The notes below the pieces were generated by a model. The model was not told the origin of the DNA and did not search any database. It saw only the letters and a list, made by a program, of their open reading frames with translations. Below, one piece after another: positions 8,641 to 18,694 of a stretch of 64,000 nucleotides of DNA; positions within the stretch are counted from its first letter, which is position 1; every line of letters begins with the position of its first letter. The DNA is from a virus: IMG/VR virus record IMGVR_UViG_3300025096_003663, positions 1 to 64,000 of that record; one strand, written 5' to 3'. A program made the position numbers and the translations under genes.

Positions 8641-8870
8641 CATACATCAAGACTACAGACGAGAACTTGAATGTTATGAGGAATATTTTAAGGATCGCAC
8701 CGTCGCTAATAAAGATATCAGAACAAATGTTAGAAGAGATAGATGCTAACAATGATATCATCCAAGAGCTTGTAAGCGACTCTTTAGCTAACAAAGATCA
8801 GATAGAATATTTGGTATTGGAAAACGAAAGACTTAGTGACGAGAACGAAAAATTAAAAATAGTACACTAA
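8637..8870 (+). CDS. hypothetical coiled-coil protein
   Basis: ATGA overlap and SD ggagga; 77 aa. Confidence 0.7.
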   Translation: MTYIKTTDENLNVMRNILRIAPSLIKISEQMLEEIDANNDIIQELVSDSLANKDQIEYLVLENERLSDENEKLKIVH

Positions 8871-8871
8871 A

Positions 8872-9795
8872 CTATTCTCTGATTTTCCATCTCTCGGCTT
8901 CTTCTTCCTCAAGGATATCCCACTCTGGAACTTCTGTTCCCCAAAGGAATACTTTCTCTTCAACAACTATTTGAGGAGTGAAGTCCATGAACACTTTCAC
9001 TTTATGGGGAGTATTACCAGCCATAAGATCTTTTACTTGCTTCAGTGTCGGCGAGATTGTTAGATGGTGAAACCTTGTATACACAGCAGAAACGACACCG
9101 ATGACTTCCATATTCTTATTTAATAAAAGAGAACCAGAACTACCTGGTGCGGCAGGAAGAGAGAATAAGGAGTGCTTTTCTTCTGGAACATTAACAAATT
9201 TGAAGTTGCCGCTGAAATACCCCTTGAACATAGGCGAACCTTCGCTAGAATAAAGGCTAAGTGGCGAAGCGACATTATAAACGATTTCTCCTAAAACTGG
9301 GTCTTCGCCAGAAAGCACGAGAGCTCTAGCTCCTTCAATTTTGCTCACTTGGATTAAACAGGCATCAAACTTTGTTGCCGAAACATATGAGATGGCGGAA
9401 TAGACTCTATTCTTCCGATCAGATACTTTCAAGAAGTGTCTTACATCATCCGGATTCGGCACCTGACCTTTAATAGCCTCAATCAGGCTCGACACATCAC
9501 AGACATGAGCAGCAGTCAATACCACAGTGCTGTCCTTATCTTGCCAGATTATACCCCCAGAGCCGGTATATCCGGTGTAAGCTTTCTTTGTTTGCTTATC
9601 AACGACGACTCCCTCTACGAATACTGTGGAATTGTAAATTCCAGCAAGAGGAAAGTCTTCTCCAACCCCAGTGGTACAAGAAGAGGAGGCACTTAAGCCC
9701 TCGACGGTGCTTTTACTAGCCGTGCAGCTAATAGCCAGAGGAAGAAGTAGAGCGAATATCGATAAATTTTTGAGGTTATTTTTAATGTTAAACAT
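8872..9795 (-). CDS. trypsin-like (S1) serine protease, predicted lipoprotein
   Basis: Catalytic triad motifs TAAH, FDACL and PGSSGS; N-terminal K-rich then hydrophobic segment ending in the lipobox-like LAISC. Confidence 0.88.
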   Translation of the reverse strand: MFNIKNNLKNLSIFALLLPLAISCTASKSTVEGLSASSSCTTGVGEDFPLAGIYNSTVFVEGVVVDKQTKKAYTGYTGSGGIIWQDKDSTVVLTAAHVCDVSSLIEAIKGQVPNPDDVRHFLKVSDRKNRVYSAISYVSATKFDACLIQVSKIEGARALVLSGEDPVLGEIVYNVASPLSLYSSEGSPMFKGYFSGNFKFVNVPEEKHSLFSLPAAPGSSGSLLLNKNMEVIGVVSAVYTRFHHLTISPTLKQVKDLMAGNTPHKVKVFMDFTPQIVVEEKVFLWGTEVPEWDILEEEEAERWKIRE

Positions 9796-9817
9796 AAAGT
9801 ATCTATCTTTGAGAAAT

Positions 9818-9850
9818 ACTAAAATACCTGAAAGATACTATTTATCTCTA
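9818..9850 (-). promoter_or_regulatory. candidate promoter of the protease gene
   Basis: The minus strand reads TAGAGA-18bp-TATTTT. The 14-mer TCAGGTATTTTAGT is identical to 4495-4508. Confidence 0.35.
9835..9845 (+). promoter_or_regulatory. candidate phage promoter motif ATACTATTTAT
   Basis: 21 nt upstream of the phoH ATG; an identical 11-mer lies at 60306-60316. Confidence 0.45.
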
Positions 9851-9866
9851 GATCCACAGGATTTTT

Positions 9867-11195
9867 ATGAATAAAATCACTTATATTCTCGATACAAGTG
9901 TTTATCTACATGACGCAAATGCAATCTATCATTTTGGAGAAAATGATATCATAGTGCCCTTGAAAGTGCTTGAGGAAATAGACAAGCACAAAAAAAGGCA
10001 AGATGGTGTCGGCGCCAATTCTAGAAAAATAATAAGAACATTTGATGCCTTGAGAGAAAAAGGTAATCTCTCTAGGGGTGTTAAAATTGACGAGAACAAG
10101 GGCATACTCAAAACGGTGAGTGTCAACCAAGTAGAAGACTTGCCGCCAGATCTAGATAAAAACATTCCAGATCACATCATCGTCGGCACTGTCCTCAAGG
10201 TATGTGCCTCCGTGGGCAGAGACAACACTGTTCTTGTTACCAGAGATATAAACCTTAGAGTGATAGGCGACTCTCTAGATATTAAAACCGAAGATTTCAA
10301 TCCTGATAAAGTAGTTGAAGACACAGATGAGCTTTTCTCAGGGTTTAAAGAGGTTTCGATAGCTCAGGAAGAGATTGATCAATTTTATTCTGGAGATGAT
10401 TTCGTCTTAGAAGAAAAAGCTTCAGAAAACCTTCAGCCTAATGAGTTCATTATGTTATCATCAAATATAAATGAAAAATCAACAGCCCTCGCGAGATTCG
10501 TTGAAAAGGGCTCTCCGCTCGCTCCGATAAGAAATATAAACAGTAACAACAGCAATGTATGGGGAGTTAGACCAAAAAACAAGGAACAGAGCTATGCACT
10601 AGATTTGTTGCTGGATCCATCTATTCCGATAATAACCCTAGTAGGAAAAGCAGGTTGCGGAAAAACCCTGCTAGCAATTGCAGCGGGACTAGAGCAAACA
10701 ATAGGCGAAAGCAAACATTATGATAGAATGGTGGTGTCCCGTCCGGTTGAGCCAATGGGGAGAGATATAGGCTTCCTCCCAGGCACAATAGAGGAAAAGA
10801 TGGCACCATGGCTAGCACCAATACAAGATAACTTGGAATTCCTAATGGGCAACGAAAAAGAGACACTCGATATGTATATCGAAACAGGTAAGATCCAAGT
10901 TGAAGCGCTAACATATATCAGAGGCAGATCCATAGCAAACTCTTACATAATAATTGATGAAGCTCAGAACTTGACATCTCATGAATTAAAGACTATAATA
11001 ACAAGAGTTGGAGAGGGAACCAAAATAATTCTTACAGGAGATGTCGAACAGATAGATAATGCTTATGTTGATGAGACTTCCAATGGGCTAGCCTATGCTG
11101 TTGAGAAATTTAAGCCCTACAATTTATCTGGACATGTTACCTTATTGACTGGTGAACGATCCCTTGTTGCAACACTAGCATCAAAAATATTATAG
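9867..11195 (+). CDS. phoH: PIN-domain PhoH family ATPase (PhoH2/YlaK type)
   Basis: PIN motifs ILDTSVY, EEID and VTRDINLR; Walker A GKAGCGKT; IGFLPG, YIRGRS, IIDEAQN and TGDVEQID. Confidence 0.93.
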   Translation: MNKITYILDTSVYLHDANAIYHFGENDIIVPLKVLEEIDKHKKRQDGVGANSRKIIRTFDALREKGNLSRGVKIDENKGILKTVSVNQVEDLPPDLDKNIPDHIIVGTVLKVCASVGRDNTVLVTRDINLRVIGDSLDIKTEDFNPDKVVEDTDELFSGFKEVSIAQEEIDQFYSGDDFVLEEKASENLQPNEFIMLSSNINEKSTALARFVEKGSPLAPIRNINSNNSNVWGVRPKNKEQSYALDLLLDPSIPIITLVGKAGCGKTLLAIAAGLEQTIGESKHYDRMVVSRPVEPMGRDIGFLPGTIEEKMAPWLAPIQDNLEFLMGNEKETLDMYIETGKIQVEALTYIRGRSIANSYIIIDEAQNLTSHELKTIITRVGEGTKIILTGDVEQIDNAYVDETSNGLAYAVEKFKPYNLSGHVTLLTGERSLVATLASKIL

Positions 11196-11204
11196 GAGAA
11201 AAAA

Positions 11205-11513
11205 ATGAAAAATAAAGAACAAACAGCAGAAGCCTTGGCTACTGATGAGAATACCAATGAATCAAAGATGGCTGTACAGCCATCAGAGGGACCACTCAAA
11301 CATATGTTGGTAGACTATGTTGGAAAAGTATACACTCCAGATAATGGAGAGGTTACGGTAGAGATGGTTATTGAAACACTCGCTTCCGAGTTTCCAGAGT
11401 TCCTTTATGTAGTAGCTAAGGAGAACTGGTTACGAGGATACCAACAAGCGATGACTGATGTAGATAACTATGACAGTAGCGAAGAAGCAGAAAAAGAGGC
11501 TCTTTCAAAATGA
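11205..11513 (+). CDS. hypothetical protein
   Basis: SD aggag; 102-aa acidic ORF. Confidence 0.75.
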   Translation: MKNKEQTAEALATDENTNESKMAVQPSEGPLKHMLVDYVGKVYTPDNGEVTVEMVIETLASEFPEFLYVVAKENWLRGYQQAMTDVDNYDSSEEAEKEALSK

Positions 11514-12205
11514 GCTTCTTACGGGAATCTAATGAAAGAATGAAGTCGGTACATTTTCTGTGGGAAAACAGAATAGATGTATATAATAAAAAAGATTTAC
11601 CCCCAGAAATAGAGATAGACTCAATATTACAAAAGATATCTTCTATTTTGCCGACATCTTTCTTGGATAATATAGATTCTGTATATGTCGGCGAATTCGA
11701 CTCCCTCAAAAAGAGGGAGGTCGATTCCGTCTATCAGGATGGGGCAATATACATCGTTCCATCCTATGTTTTCGGCAAAGAAGAGCTTCTCAGGAACATT
11801 GTCCACGAGGTTGCCCATGCTGTTGAAGAGCAGAATTCCCTTGAAATCTACGGGGATAGGGAACTTGAGGGTGAATTCGTGAAAAAAAGGATAAAACTAC
11901 TTGACAAGCTGAAGTCAATAGGTTATGATATACCATCTATAGAGTTATTTACAGATTCGGAATACTCTTCCGAGCTTGATAATTATTTTTATAAAGAAGT
12001 GGGATATCCATTGATGGCTCAACTAACAAGTAATATGTTTTCTTCACCATATGGAGCCACTTCTTTAAGAGAATATTTCGCCAACTCTTTTGAGGATTAT
12101 TTTTTGGGCAACATGAAAGATGTTAAAATTATTAGCCCAAAGGTATATGATAAAATTAACAAACTCGTAAAGAAATCGGAGGAAAAAACATATGGCAACT
12201 TTTAA
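11510..12205 (+). CDS. zincin-like metallopeptidase
   Basis: IVHEVAHAVE (HExxH) with a downstream REYFANSF carrying the third-ligand Glu. Confidence 0.7.
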   Translation: MSFLRESNERMKSVHFLWENRIDVYNKKDLPPEIEIDSILQKISSILPTSFLDNIDSVYVGEFDSLKKREVDSVYQDGAIYIVPSYVFGKEELLRNIVHEVAHAVEEQNSLEIYGDRELEGEFVKKRIKLLDKLKSIGYDIPSIELFTDSEYSSELDNYFYKEVGYPLMAQLTSNMFSSPYGATSLREYFANSFEDYFLGNMKDVKIISPKVYDKINKLVKKSEEKTYGNF

Positions 12206-12620
12206 TATAAAAACAGAGGGAAACATTATCAATGTTGAGGTGGAAGTTCCGGCTGCAGATCCAAAGCGCCTAAACAGAAACCCTTCATCCGTTGTGGTCG
12301 ATGATGTGCTGGATTATTTATCAGCTAACGGCATAGAGGTTGTTTCATGTCTAAAGCAACAAACGCTAACAAATCGAGGAAAGAACCCGAGACTCTCAGG
12401 AACTTTTAGCTTTCAAAAGAAAGAAAGCATTTCCGTGCATAAGGCGCCGAAGCCAAAGAAAGAAGAAGTGGTAGAAGATACTTCTGAAACCACGACTGAT
12501 GAGCAGACTGCCTACTCGGCAGAAACAGAAGAATCCAGCACTAAAGAGACTAAGAAGTCAAAGAAGAACAAAAAGAGAAAGAAAGTGTACAGTGAATATT
12601 CTCAACAACAAGAAGAATAA
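12192..12620 (+). CDS. hypothetical protein with a charged low-complexity tail
   Basis: SD ggagg; 142 aa; acidic then Lys-rich C-terminus. Confidence 0.7.
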   Translation: MATFNIKTEGNIINVEVEVPAADPKRLNRNPSSVVVDDVLDYLSANGIEVVSCLKQQTLTNRGKNPRLSGTFSFQKKESISVHKAPKPKKEEVVEDTSETTTDEQTAYSAETEESSTKETKKSKKNKKRKKVYSEYSQQQEE

Positions 12621-13428
12621 AAAAGAAAATCTCCATATAACTGAATATCTATCCTTTAGCGGCGTAAAAGACTGGGACTTTTGCCCTCACTACTATAAGC
12701 TTACTCGAATTGATAAGCTATATAAGTTTGAGGGAAACATCCATACCGCTTTTGGAAAGGCTGTCCATTCTTCTTTGGAGCTTCTGATATCTAAAAAGAA
12801 TCACAAGGATATAGAATATGTGGTCAAGGAAGTGGAGAGCCAATTTATTTCCATCTTCCATTCTGAAGCAGAAAGTGTTGGAGTAGACACCGAATCGAAA
12901 GACTTTAAAGATATGGTGAAACAAGGGGAGAGCCTCTTTCCTCATGTTATTCCGTTTATGAAGGCAAGGTTTGGTAATTATGAACTTGTTTCTATCGAAG
13001 AATCACTCGATGAGCCAATCGAGGGGCAAGAAGAAAGCGAGATTAAATACAAGGGCTTTGTGGATCTCGTCATAAAGACGAGCGATGGGAAATTTCATAT
13101 CATCGACTGGAAGACATGCTCTTGGGGATGGAATTGGCAAAAAAAGACAGATCCAATGACAACATATCAGTTGACCTATTATAAAAACTTTTTTGCAAAA
13201 AAATACGGTATCGACTTAAAAAAAATAGAGACATACTTTATACTCTTGAAGAGAACAGCCAAGAAAAATATTGTTGAAGCTATTAGGGTTTCGAGCGGTC
13301 AGAAGAAGACGGGCAATGCCCTCAAGCTACTGAACACCGCGATTCACAATATTGAGAACGGCAACCATATCAAGAAAAAAACATCTTGCCGTAGTTGCTC
13401 TCTTTGGCGAAACCTTTGCGAGGGATAA
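12592..13428 (+). CDS. PD-(D/E)XK exonuclease, Cas4/AddB-like with four Cys
   Basis: LSFS...CP, FGKAVH, GFVDLV, IIDWKT, QLTYY and C-terminal CRSC...C. GTG 12592 is the likely start. Confidence 0.85.
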   Translation: MNILNNKKNKKENLHITEYLSFSGVKDWDFCPHYYKLTRIDKLYKFEGNIHTAFGKAVHSSLELLISKKNHKDIEYVVKEVESQFISIFHSEAESVGVDTESKDFKDMVKQGESLFPHVIPFMKARFGNYELVSIEESLDEPIEGQEESEIKYKGFVDLVIKTSDGKFHIIDWKTCSWGWNWQKKTDPMTTYQLTYYKNFFAKKYGIDLKKIETYFILLKRTAKKNIVEAIRVSSGQKKTGNALKLLNTAIHNIENGNHIKKKTSCRSCSLWRNLCEG

Positions 13429-13429
13429 A

Positions 13430-14683
13430 TTGACAGACAAAAAAATCAAAATTCTAACAATAAGCGATCATCCATTTTCGCCATCTGGAGTAGGTACTCA
13501 AACTAGATACATCCTAGAGAAGCTCCTCCATACGGGCAAATATTCCGTAATCTCATTGGGCGGAGCAGTGAAGCATGAGCAATACAAACCCCAGAAAACA
13601 AAAGAGCATGGCGACGACTGGATAGTTCTTCCTGTTGACGGCTATGGAGATCAGAACCTTGTTAGGGCAGTTCTTAGAGATCACAAGCCAGACATGATAT
13701 GGTTTATGACAGATCCTAGGTTCTTTACCTGGCTCTGGGATATGGAAGACGAAATCAGATCAAAAGTGCCGATGATCTATTACCATGTGTGGGATAACAA
13801 GCCATATCCTTATTTTAATAAAAATTATTATGCTAGCACTGATGTAATATGTACAATATCTAAAGTTACAGACGATATTGTGAGAACCGTCTCGCCAGAT
13901 ACAGAATGCCATCGAATCCCCCATGTGGCAAATCCAGATGTCTTCAAGAAACTACCCAAAGATATCATAGAGAAATTTAAAAAACAATCAGGGCTTGATG
14001 ATAGATTTCTTGTCTTTTGGAATAGTAGAAATGCTCGTCGAAAGATGTCCGGAAGCTTGATTTGGTGGTTTAAAGATTTTCTAGATGAAGTTGGACATGA
14101 TAAAGCTCGATTGCTTATGCACACGGATCCTAAAGATAACCACGGGCAGGACTTAGAGAAGATAATTACAGAGCTCGGTCTTACTAATGGCGAAGTGATG
14201 TTTTCGACAAAGAAACTACCACCCCCAGAGTTGAATATTTTCTATAACGCGGCAGATGTTACTTGTGGGATATCGGATGCCGAAGGCTTCGGACTGTCCA
14301 CTTTTGAATCACTGGCAGCCGGTACACCTATCATTGTTTCTATGACGGGCGGGCTACAAGAGCAAGTTACCGATGGAGAAAAGTGGTTCGGAATAGGCAT
14401 TGAGCCGGCTTCTAAGGCGATTATAGGCTCTCAGGCTGTCCCATTCATCTATGAGGATAGGATAAGCCGAGAAGGCTTCATATCGGCTCTCAAAGAGATG
14501 TACAATAAAACCAACGAAGAGCGAGAAGAGCTTGGCGAACTAGGAAGAAAGCATTTGGAAGAAAATTATAATTTTGAGGAAACATTAGAGCAGTGGGATA
14601 CCCTATTGACGGATATCCACGAAAGATGTGGCTCTTGGGATACAAGAAAGAATTATAATAAATGGGAGATGTTAACCATATGA
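13430..14683 (+). CDS. GT4-family (GT-B) glycosyltransferase
   Basis: SDHP..PSGVG, RNARRK and EGFGLSTFE (Ex7E). TTG 13430 directly follows the upstream stop. Confidence 0.9.
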   Translation: MTDKKIKILTISDHPFSPSGVGTQTRYILEKLLHTGKYSVISLGGAVKHEQYKPQKTKEHGDDWIVLPVDGYGDQNLVRAVLRDHKPDMIWFMTDPRFFTWLWDMEDEIRSKVPMIYYHVWDNKPYPYFNKNYYASTDVICTISKVTDDIVRTVSPDTECHRIPHVANPDVFKKLPKDIIEKFKKQSGLDDRFLVFWNSRNARRKMSGSLIWWFKDFLDEVGHDKARLLMHTDPKDNHGQDLEKIITELGLTNGEVMFSTKKLPPPELNIFYNAADVTCGISDAEGFGLSTFESLAAGTPIIVSMTGGLQEQVTDGEKWFGIGIEPASKAIIGSQAVPFIYEDRISREGFISALKEMYNKTNEEREELGELGRKHLEENYNFEETLEQWDTLLTDIHERCGSWDTRKNYNKWEMLTI

Positions 14684-16644
14684 AAAAGAAAGTTTTAGTA
14701 ATTGGACCAGCGCTAACATCAAGCGGATACGGAGAACATGCCCGATTGATTCTTCGTGCCCTCAGAGCCCACGAGGAGCATTTCGATATTTACTTTGAAA
14801 ACATAAATTGGGGGCAGACCGGTCACACGATTGCTGACGATGAAGAGAGGAAATGGATTGATGGACTTGGCTTCAAGACAGCAGCGCTTAAGCAGAGTCA
14901 GGGCAATGTAGATATAACAATACAAGTAACAATCCCCAATGAGTGGAAGAAGCTTGCCCCTATTAATATTGGTGTCACAGCAGGTATAGAGACGACGAAG
15001 ATAGCCCCGCAATGGATTGAGAAGAGTATGGCTATGGACAAGATCATAGTTCCGTCTGAACACGCTAAATACGGGTTCGATAACACTCAATATGTGGCAA
15101 AGAACGACGAAACTGGCGAAGAAGGAGTTTTCAAAAACCAAACTCCCGTAGAAGTAGTCCATTATCCAGTCAAGGACACGAAGCCATCTAAGCTGAAGTT
15201 GGATTTAGATAGTGATTTTAATTTTCTTACAATAGCACAGTGGGGTCCAAGAAAGAACTTGGAGAATACAATAAAATGGTTTGTTGAAGAGTTTAAAGAT
15301 GAAGAAGTCGGATTAATAGTAAAAACCAGTAAAAGGCGAAATAATGTTGCAGACAGAAATAACTGTAAAGAGAGCATAGAAAAATTACTGGCTGGATATC
15401 AAGACAGGAAATGTAAGGTTCACCTTCTCCACGGCAACTTGACAGAAGAAGAAATGTCTGGATTATACACCCATCCAAAGGTAAAATCCATTGTTACAGC
15501 TACCCACGGAGAAGGCTTTGGGCTTCCTCTGTTTGAAGCAGTGTATAACGGTATACCTGTAATTGCTCCTAACTGGAGTGGGCATGTGGACTTTTTGTAT
15601 GCCGAGAAAAAAGATAAAAAAGGAAAGGTCAAGAGTAAAGCTCATTTTACAAAAGTTGATTATGATATAGCACCAGTTCAGCCCTCAGCGGTATGGAATG
15701 GTGTATTGCAGGCTGATAGTCAATGGTGTCACCCGAAAGCTGTTTCCTTTAAGGGAGCTCTTCGGGAGGTATATAAAAACTATGGACCTAAAAAGTCTGA
15801 AGCAAAGAAGTTAGCAAAACACATTATAGAAAAGTTTAACGAGAAAGACATCTATAAAAAAATTGCTACCATTGTTAATGGCGAAGAAATAATTGCCCTC
15901 GATAAATCTGAAATTCCAAAGATTTCTCTCTTGACTTCCGTATTCGATGGAGACGAGTATATAGAGCAATTTCTAGAGGATGTTACCAGACAGACAATCT
16001 TCGAAAGTAACTGTGAATTAGTATTGGTAAATCCAGCTTCACCCGGAAACGAGAAAAAGATTATAGATAAATATATCAAGAAGTTTCCTGATAATATCAA
16101 ATATTATGAGCTGGATGAAGATCCTGGGATTTATGGTACTTGGAATTATGCACTGGAAAAGGCAACAGGAGAGTTCATCACAAACGCAAATTTGGATGAT
16201 AGAAAGTCAGTCAACTCTATTGAAAAACATGCTACAGAACTCGTATTGAACTCTGATGTTGATTTAGTCTATGCCGACTCCCTAATCACCGACAAGCCAA
16301 ACGAGACATTTGAGCAGAATAGCTCATCCGGAAGAAAATATAGTTTTCCTGATTTCTCATTTGAAAATCTTAAAAAGATGAATATGCCCCATAACAATCC
16401 CATGTGGAGAAAATCTGCTCATGAGATAGCAGGCGTATTTGACTCTAAATATAAATCAGCCGGCGATTGGGAGATGTTCCTCCGAATGGCTTCAAAAGGA
16501 AGCGTGTTCAAAAAGATACACGAGACGCTTGGGCTTTACTACTTCAATCCGAAGGGGATGTCTACAAACCCAGATAACTTCGAATGGAAGCGAAAAGAGG
16601 AGCAAGAAATCTTTAACAAGTATAAGGATTCAACAGTTCCATGA
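14680..16644 (+). CDS. GT4-GT2 glycosyltransferase fusion
   Basis: N-terminal SGYG, PRKN and GEGFGLPLFEA; C-terminal ISLLTSVF, GIYGTWN, ANLDD and AGDWEMFLR. Confidence 0.9.
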   Translation: MKKKVLVIGPALTSSGYGEHARLILRALRAHEEHFDIYFENINWGQTGHTIADDEERKWIDGLGFKTAALKQSQGNVDITIQVTIPNEWKKLAPINIGVTAGIETTKIAPQWIEKSMAMDKIIVPSEHAKYGFDNTQYVAKNDETGEEGVFKNQTPVEVVHYPVKDTKPSKLKLDLDSDFNFLTIAQWGPRKNLENTIKWFVEEFKDEEVGLIVKTSKRRNNVADRNNCKESIEKLLAGYQDRKCKVHLLHGNLTEEEMSGLYTHPKVKSIVTATHGEGFGLPLFEAVYNGIPVIAPNWSGHVDFLYAEKKDKKGKVKSKAHFTKVDYDIAPVQPSAVWNGVLQADSQWCHPKAVSFKGALREVYKNYGPKKSEAKKLAKHIIEKFNEKDIYKKIATIVNGEEIIALDKSEIPKISLLTSVFDGDEYIEQFLEDVTRQTIFESNCELVLVNPASPGNEKKIIDKYIKKFPDNIKYYELDEDPGIYGTWNYALEKATGEFITNANLDDRKSVNSIEKHATELVLNSDVDLVYADSLITDKPNETFEQNSSSGRKYSFPDFSFENLKKMNMPHNNPMWRKSAHEIAGVFDSKYKSAGDWEMFLRMASKGSVFKKIHETLGLYYFNPKGMSTNPDNFEWKRKEEQEIFNKYKDSTVP

Positions 16645-17300
16645 AATTGATAGCTTTTTCTGTATGGGGCGTTGATTTAAAATACTTATCCGGCGCCATC
16701 AGGAATGCCGAACTAGCCCAATTAGTTTACCCTGATTGGGTTTGTAGGTTTTACGTCGATTCGTTGGTGCCATTTTTTGTAATTGACGAACTTTCTAAGC
16801 TTGAGAACGTGCAGATTGTGATGACGAATGAGCTTGGGGATTGGAAATCTTCTTTTTACCGATTTGGCGATATAGATGACGATGACGTGGAAGTTCTTAT
16901 TTCCAGAGATTCAGATTCCAGGCTAAGCATCAGAGAGAAGGCTGCTGTCGATCAGTGGCTATCTAGCGATAGCGGCTTCCATATTATGAAAGACCATCCA
17001 TGGCACTATACCCATCCTATATTGGCTGGCATGTGGGGAATAAAGTCGAACGTCGTACAGAATATGAAAAAAAAGATAGCAGGCTGGGACAAGACAAATA
17101 CTTATCACTCGGATCAAAATTTTCTTAGAGATATTATCTATCCTGAGATAAAAAATAATTGTCTAATACACGATGATTTCAAGGCTCAACCATTTCCTGC
17201 CCCTCGTGGCGACGTAGAATTTATTGGTCAAGTTTTTGATGAGAACGAAGAGACAGTGAGGGAACATCTTGATGCTTTAAGGGCGGTTTTAGGGAAATGA
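16641..17300 (+). CDS. putative GT-A-like glycosyltransferase
   Basis: DxD-like RDSDSR, ILAGMWG and DQNFL; located in the glycan locus. Confidence 0.5.
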   Translation: MKLIAFSVWGVDLKYLSGAIRNAELAQLVYPDWVCRFYVDSLVPFFVIDELSKLENVQIVMTNELGDWKSSFYRFGDIDDDDVEVLISRDSDSRLSIREKAAVDQWLSSDSGFHIMKDHPWHYTHPILAGMWGIKSNVVQNMKKKIAGWDKTNTYHSDQNFLRDIIYPEIKNNCLIHDDFKAQPFPAPRGDVEFIGQVFDENEETVREHLDALRAVLGK

Positions 17301-17995
17301 ACAAAATAGCCATTTATCATCATCTTGGTATGGGCGATGCAATAGAATGTAACGGCATGGTCCGCCATTTTGCTGAAAAATACGAAATCGTTGATATATT
17401 TGCTAAAGAGTCTTACCATGAGGCTTGTAGCTTCATGTATAGAGACGACGATAGAATAATCGTAAATAAAATTGATGGCAACAATGAGAAGGAAGAGGTC
17501 TCCAGATTCCTTAAGGATTATAAGGGAGAGATTATCATCCCAGGTCATCAAAACTATTTTAAAAACATACCATACTTTAAATCTCTAAGGTATGGTCCTG
17601 GAGAATCCTTCTATCACATTGCTAATGTTCCATGGCAATATAGGAATGAAAAGTTCCATATCGATAGGGACGAGAGTGAAGAGCAGAGGGTATTAAAGAA
17701 GCTAAATCCTTATGGGCAAAAGTTCTTCTTCGTTCACGATGATCCAAGCAGAGGGCATACTATAGATGTACAAAGCCCTTATATGATTTTAAAAAATGAT
17801 CCATCTGAAAGTTTCTTTAGTATGCTTGGTGTTCTGGAGGCTGCAGAAGAAGTACACTGTATGTCAAGTAGTTTTTTCTGTTTGTTGGACTGTATTGATA
17901 AAAAAATACAAGTCAAAAAAAAATTTCTACACAAATCAATAAGAAACGTAGATTTGGGTGATGATGGTATTGTTTCTGACTGGCTTGTTGTCTAA
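17297..17995 (+). CDS. putative glycosyltransferase-like protein
   Basis: The N-terminal HHLGMGD resembles the GT9/GT11-type GxGD loop; glycan locus context. Confidence 0.45.
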   Translation: MNKIAIYHHLGMGDAIECNGMVRHFAEKYEIVDIFAKESYHEACSFMYRDDDRIIVNKIDGNNEKEEVSRFLKDYKGEIIIPGHQNYFKNIPYFKSLRYGPGESFYHIANVPWQYRNEKFHIDRDESEEQRVLKKLNPYGQKFFFVHDDPSRGHTIDVQSPYMILKNDPSESFFSMLGVLEAAEEVHCMSSSFFCLLDCIDKKIQVKKKFLHKSIRNVDLGDDGIVSDWLVV

Positions 17996-18006
17996 TAGGG
18001 GCTCAA

Positions 18007-18693
18007 ATGTATGAAGCAAAGAAGTTAAATATCGCATTCTTATCGAGCGACAACTATTTTGGATTAGCTGGACTAAGGACTTTAGAACATAAAAATCTGA
18101 ACATTGTGTACAGGAATTTTGGAAAAAAAGAGTTAGAAATATCTCATTTAGATATTGATTATTTGATTTCATTCTGTTATCATAAAAAAGTCAGTAGCAA
18201 AAATCTGCTAGCTGCCAAGAAAGGGAATATAAATTTTCACCCGGCTCCATTACCTTCTTATAAGGGATTTTCTGTTTATAATTTTGGAATTTTGAACGAT
18301 GAAGAAGAATGGGGAACGACAGCTCATATGATGGAAGAAGAATTTGATTCGGGCCCTATTATAAAGACTAATTCTTTTCAAATTAGTAACGAAACTGCAT
18401 ATTCTCTAAGGGAGAAGAGTAGGCTTCACCTGCTAGAGTTACTAAACGAAGTTACAAACGACATTGTTGAAGGGAGAAAGTTTAAGCTAGTTGATAATGC
18501 AGGAGGCTCATATTATTCGAAAAAGATGATGAATGAGATGAGAATGATTAGTGCGAGTGATTCGGAAGAAACTATTGAAAAGAAGATAAGGGCTTTCTGG
18601 TGCCCGCCCCATGCCGGGGCAGTCGTTAGAATTAGAAACAGAGAATATACTCTGATAAACTCAGATATTATAAAAACTTTAGGAGACAAATAA
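18007..18693 (+). CDS. formyltransferase (probably sugar N-formyltransferase)
   Basis: INFHPAPLPSYKG, GTTAHMM..EFDSGPII and IRAF..P..GA. Confidence 0.85.
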   Translation: MYEAKKLNIAFLSSDNYFGLAGLRTLEHKNLNIVYRNFGKKELEISHLDIDYLISFCYHKKVSSKNLLAAKKGNINFHPAPLPSYKGFSVYNFGILNDEEEWGTTAHMMEEEFDSGPIIKTNSFQISNETAYSLREKSRLHLLELLNEVTNDIVEGRKFKLVDNAGGSYYSKKMMNEMRMISASDSEETIEKKIRAFWCPPHAGAVVRIRNREYTLINSDIIKTLGDK

Positions 18694-18694
18694 A

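Noticed and set aside
12592-13428. CRISPR-Cas system implied by the Cas4-like nuclease
   Set aside because: No repeat-spacer array or other cas genes; all repeats found are in-frame coding repeats.
18007-18693. Methionyl-tRNA formyltransferase (fmt)
   Set aside because: It is shorter than Fmt, lacks most of the C-terminal domain, and sits in a sugar-nucleotide operon with an aminotransferase.
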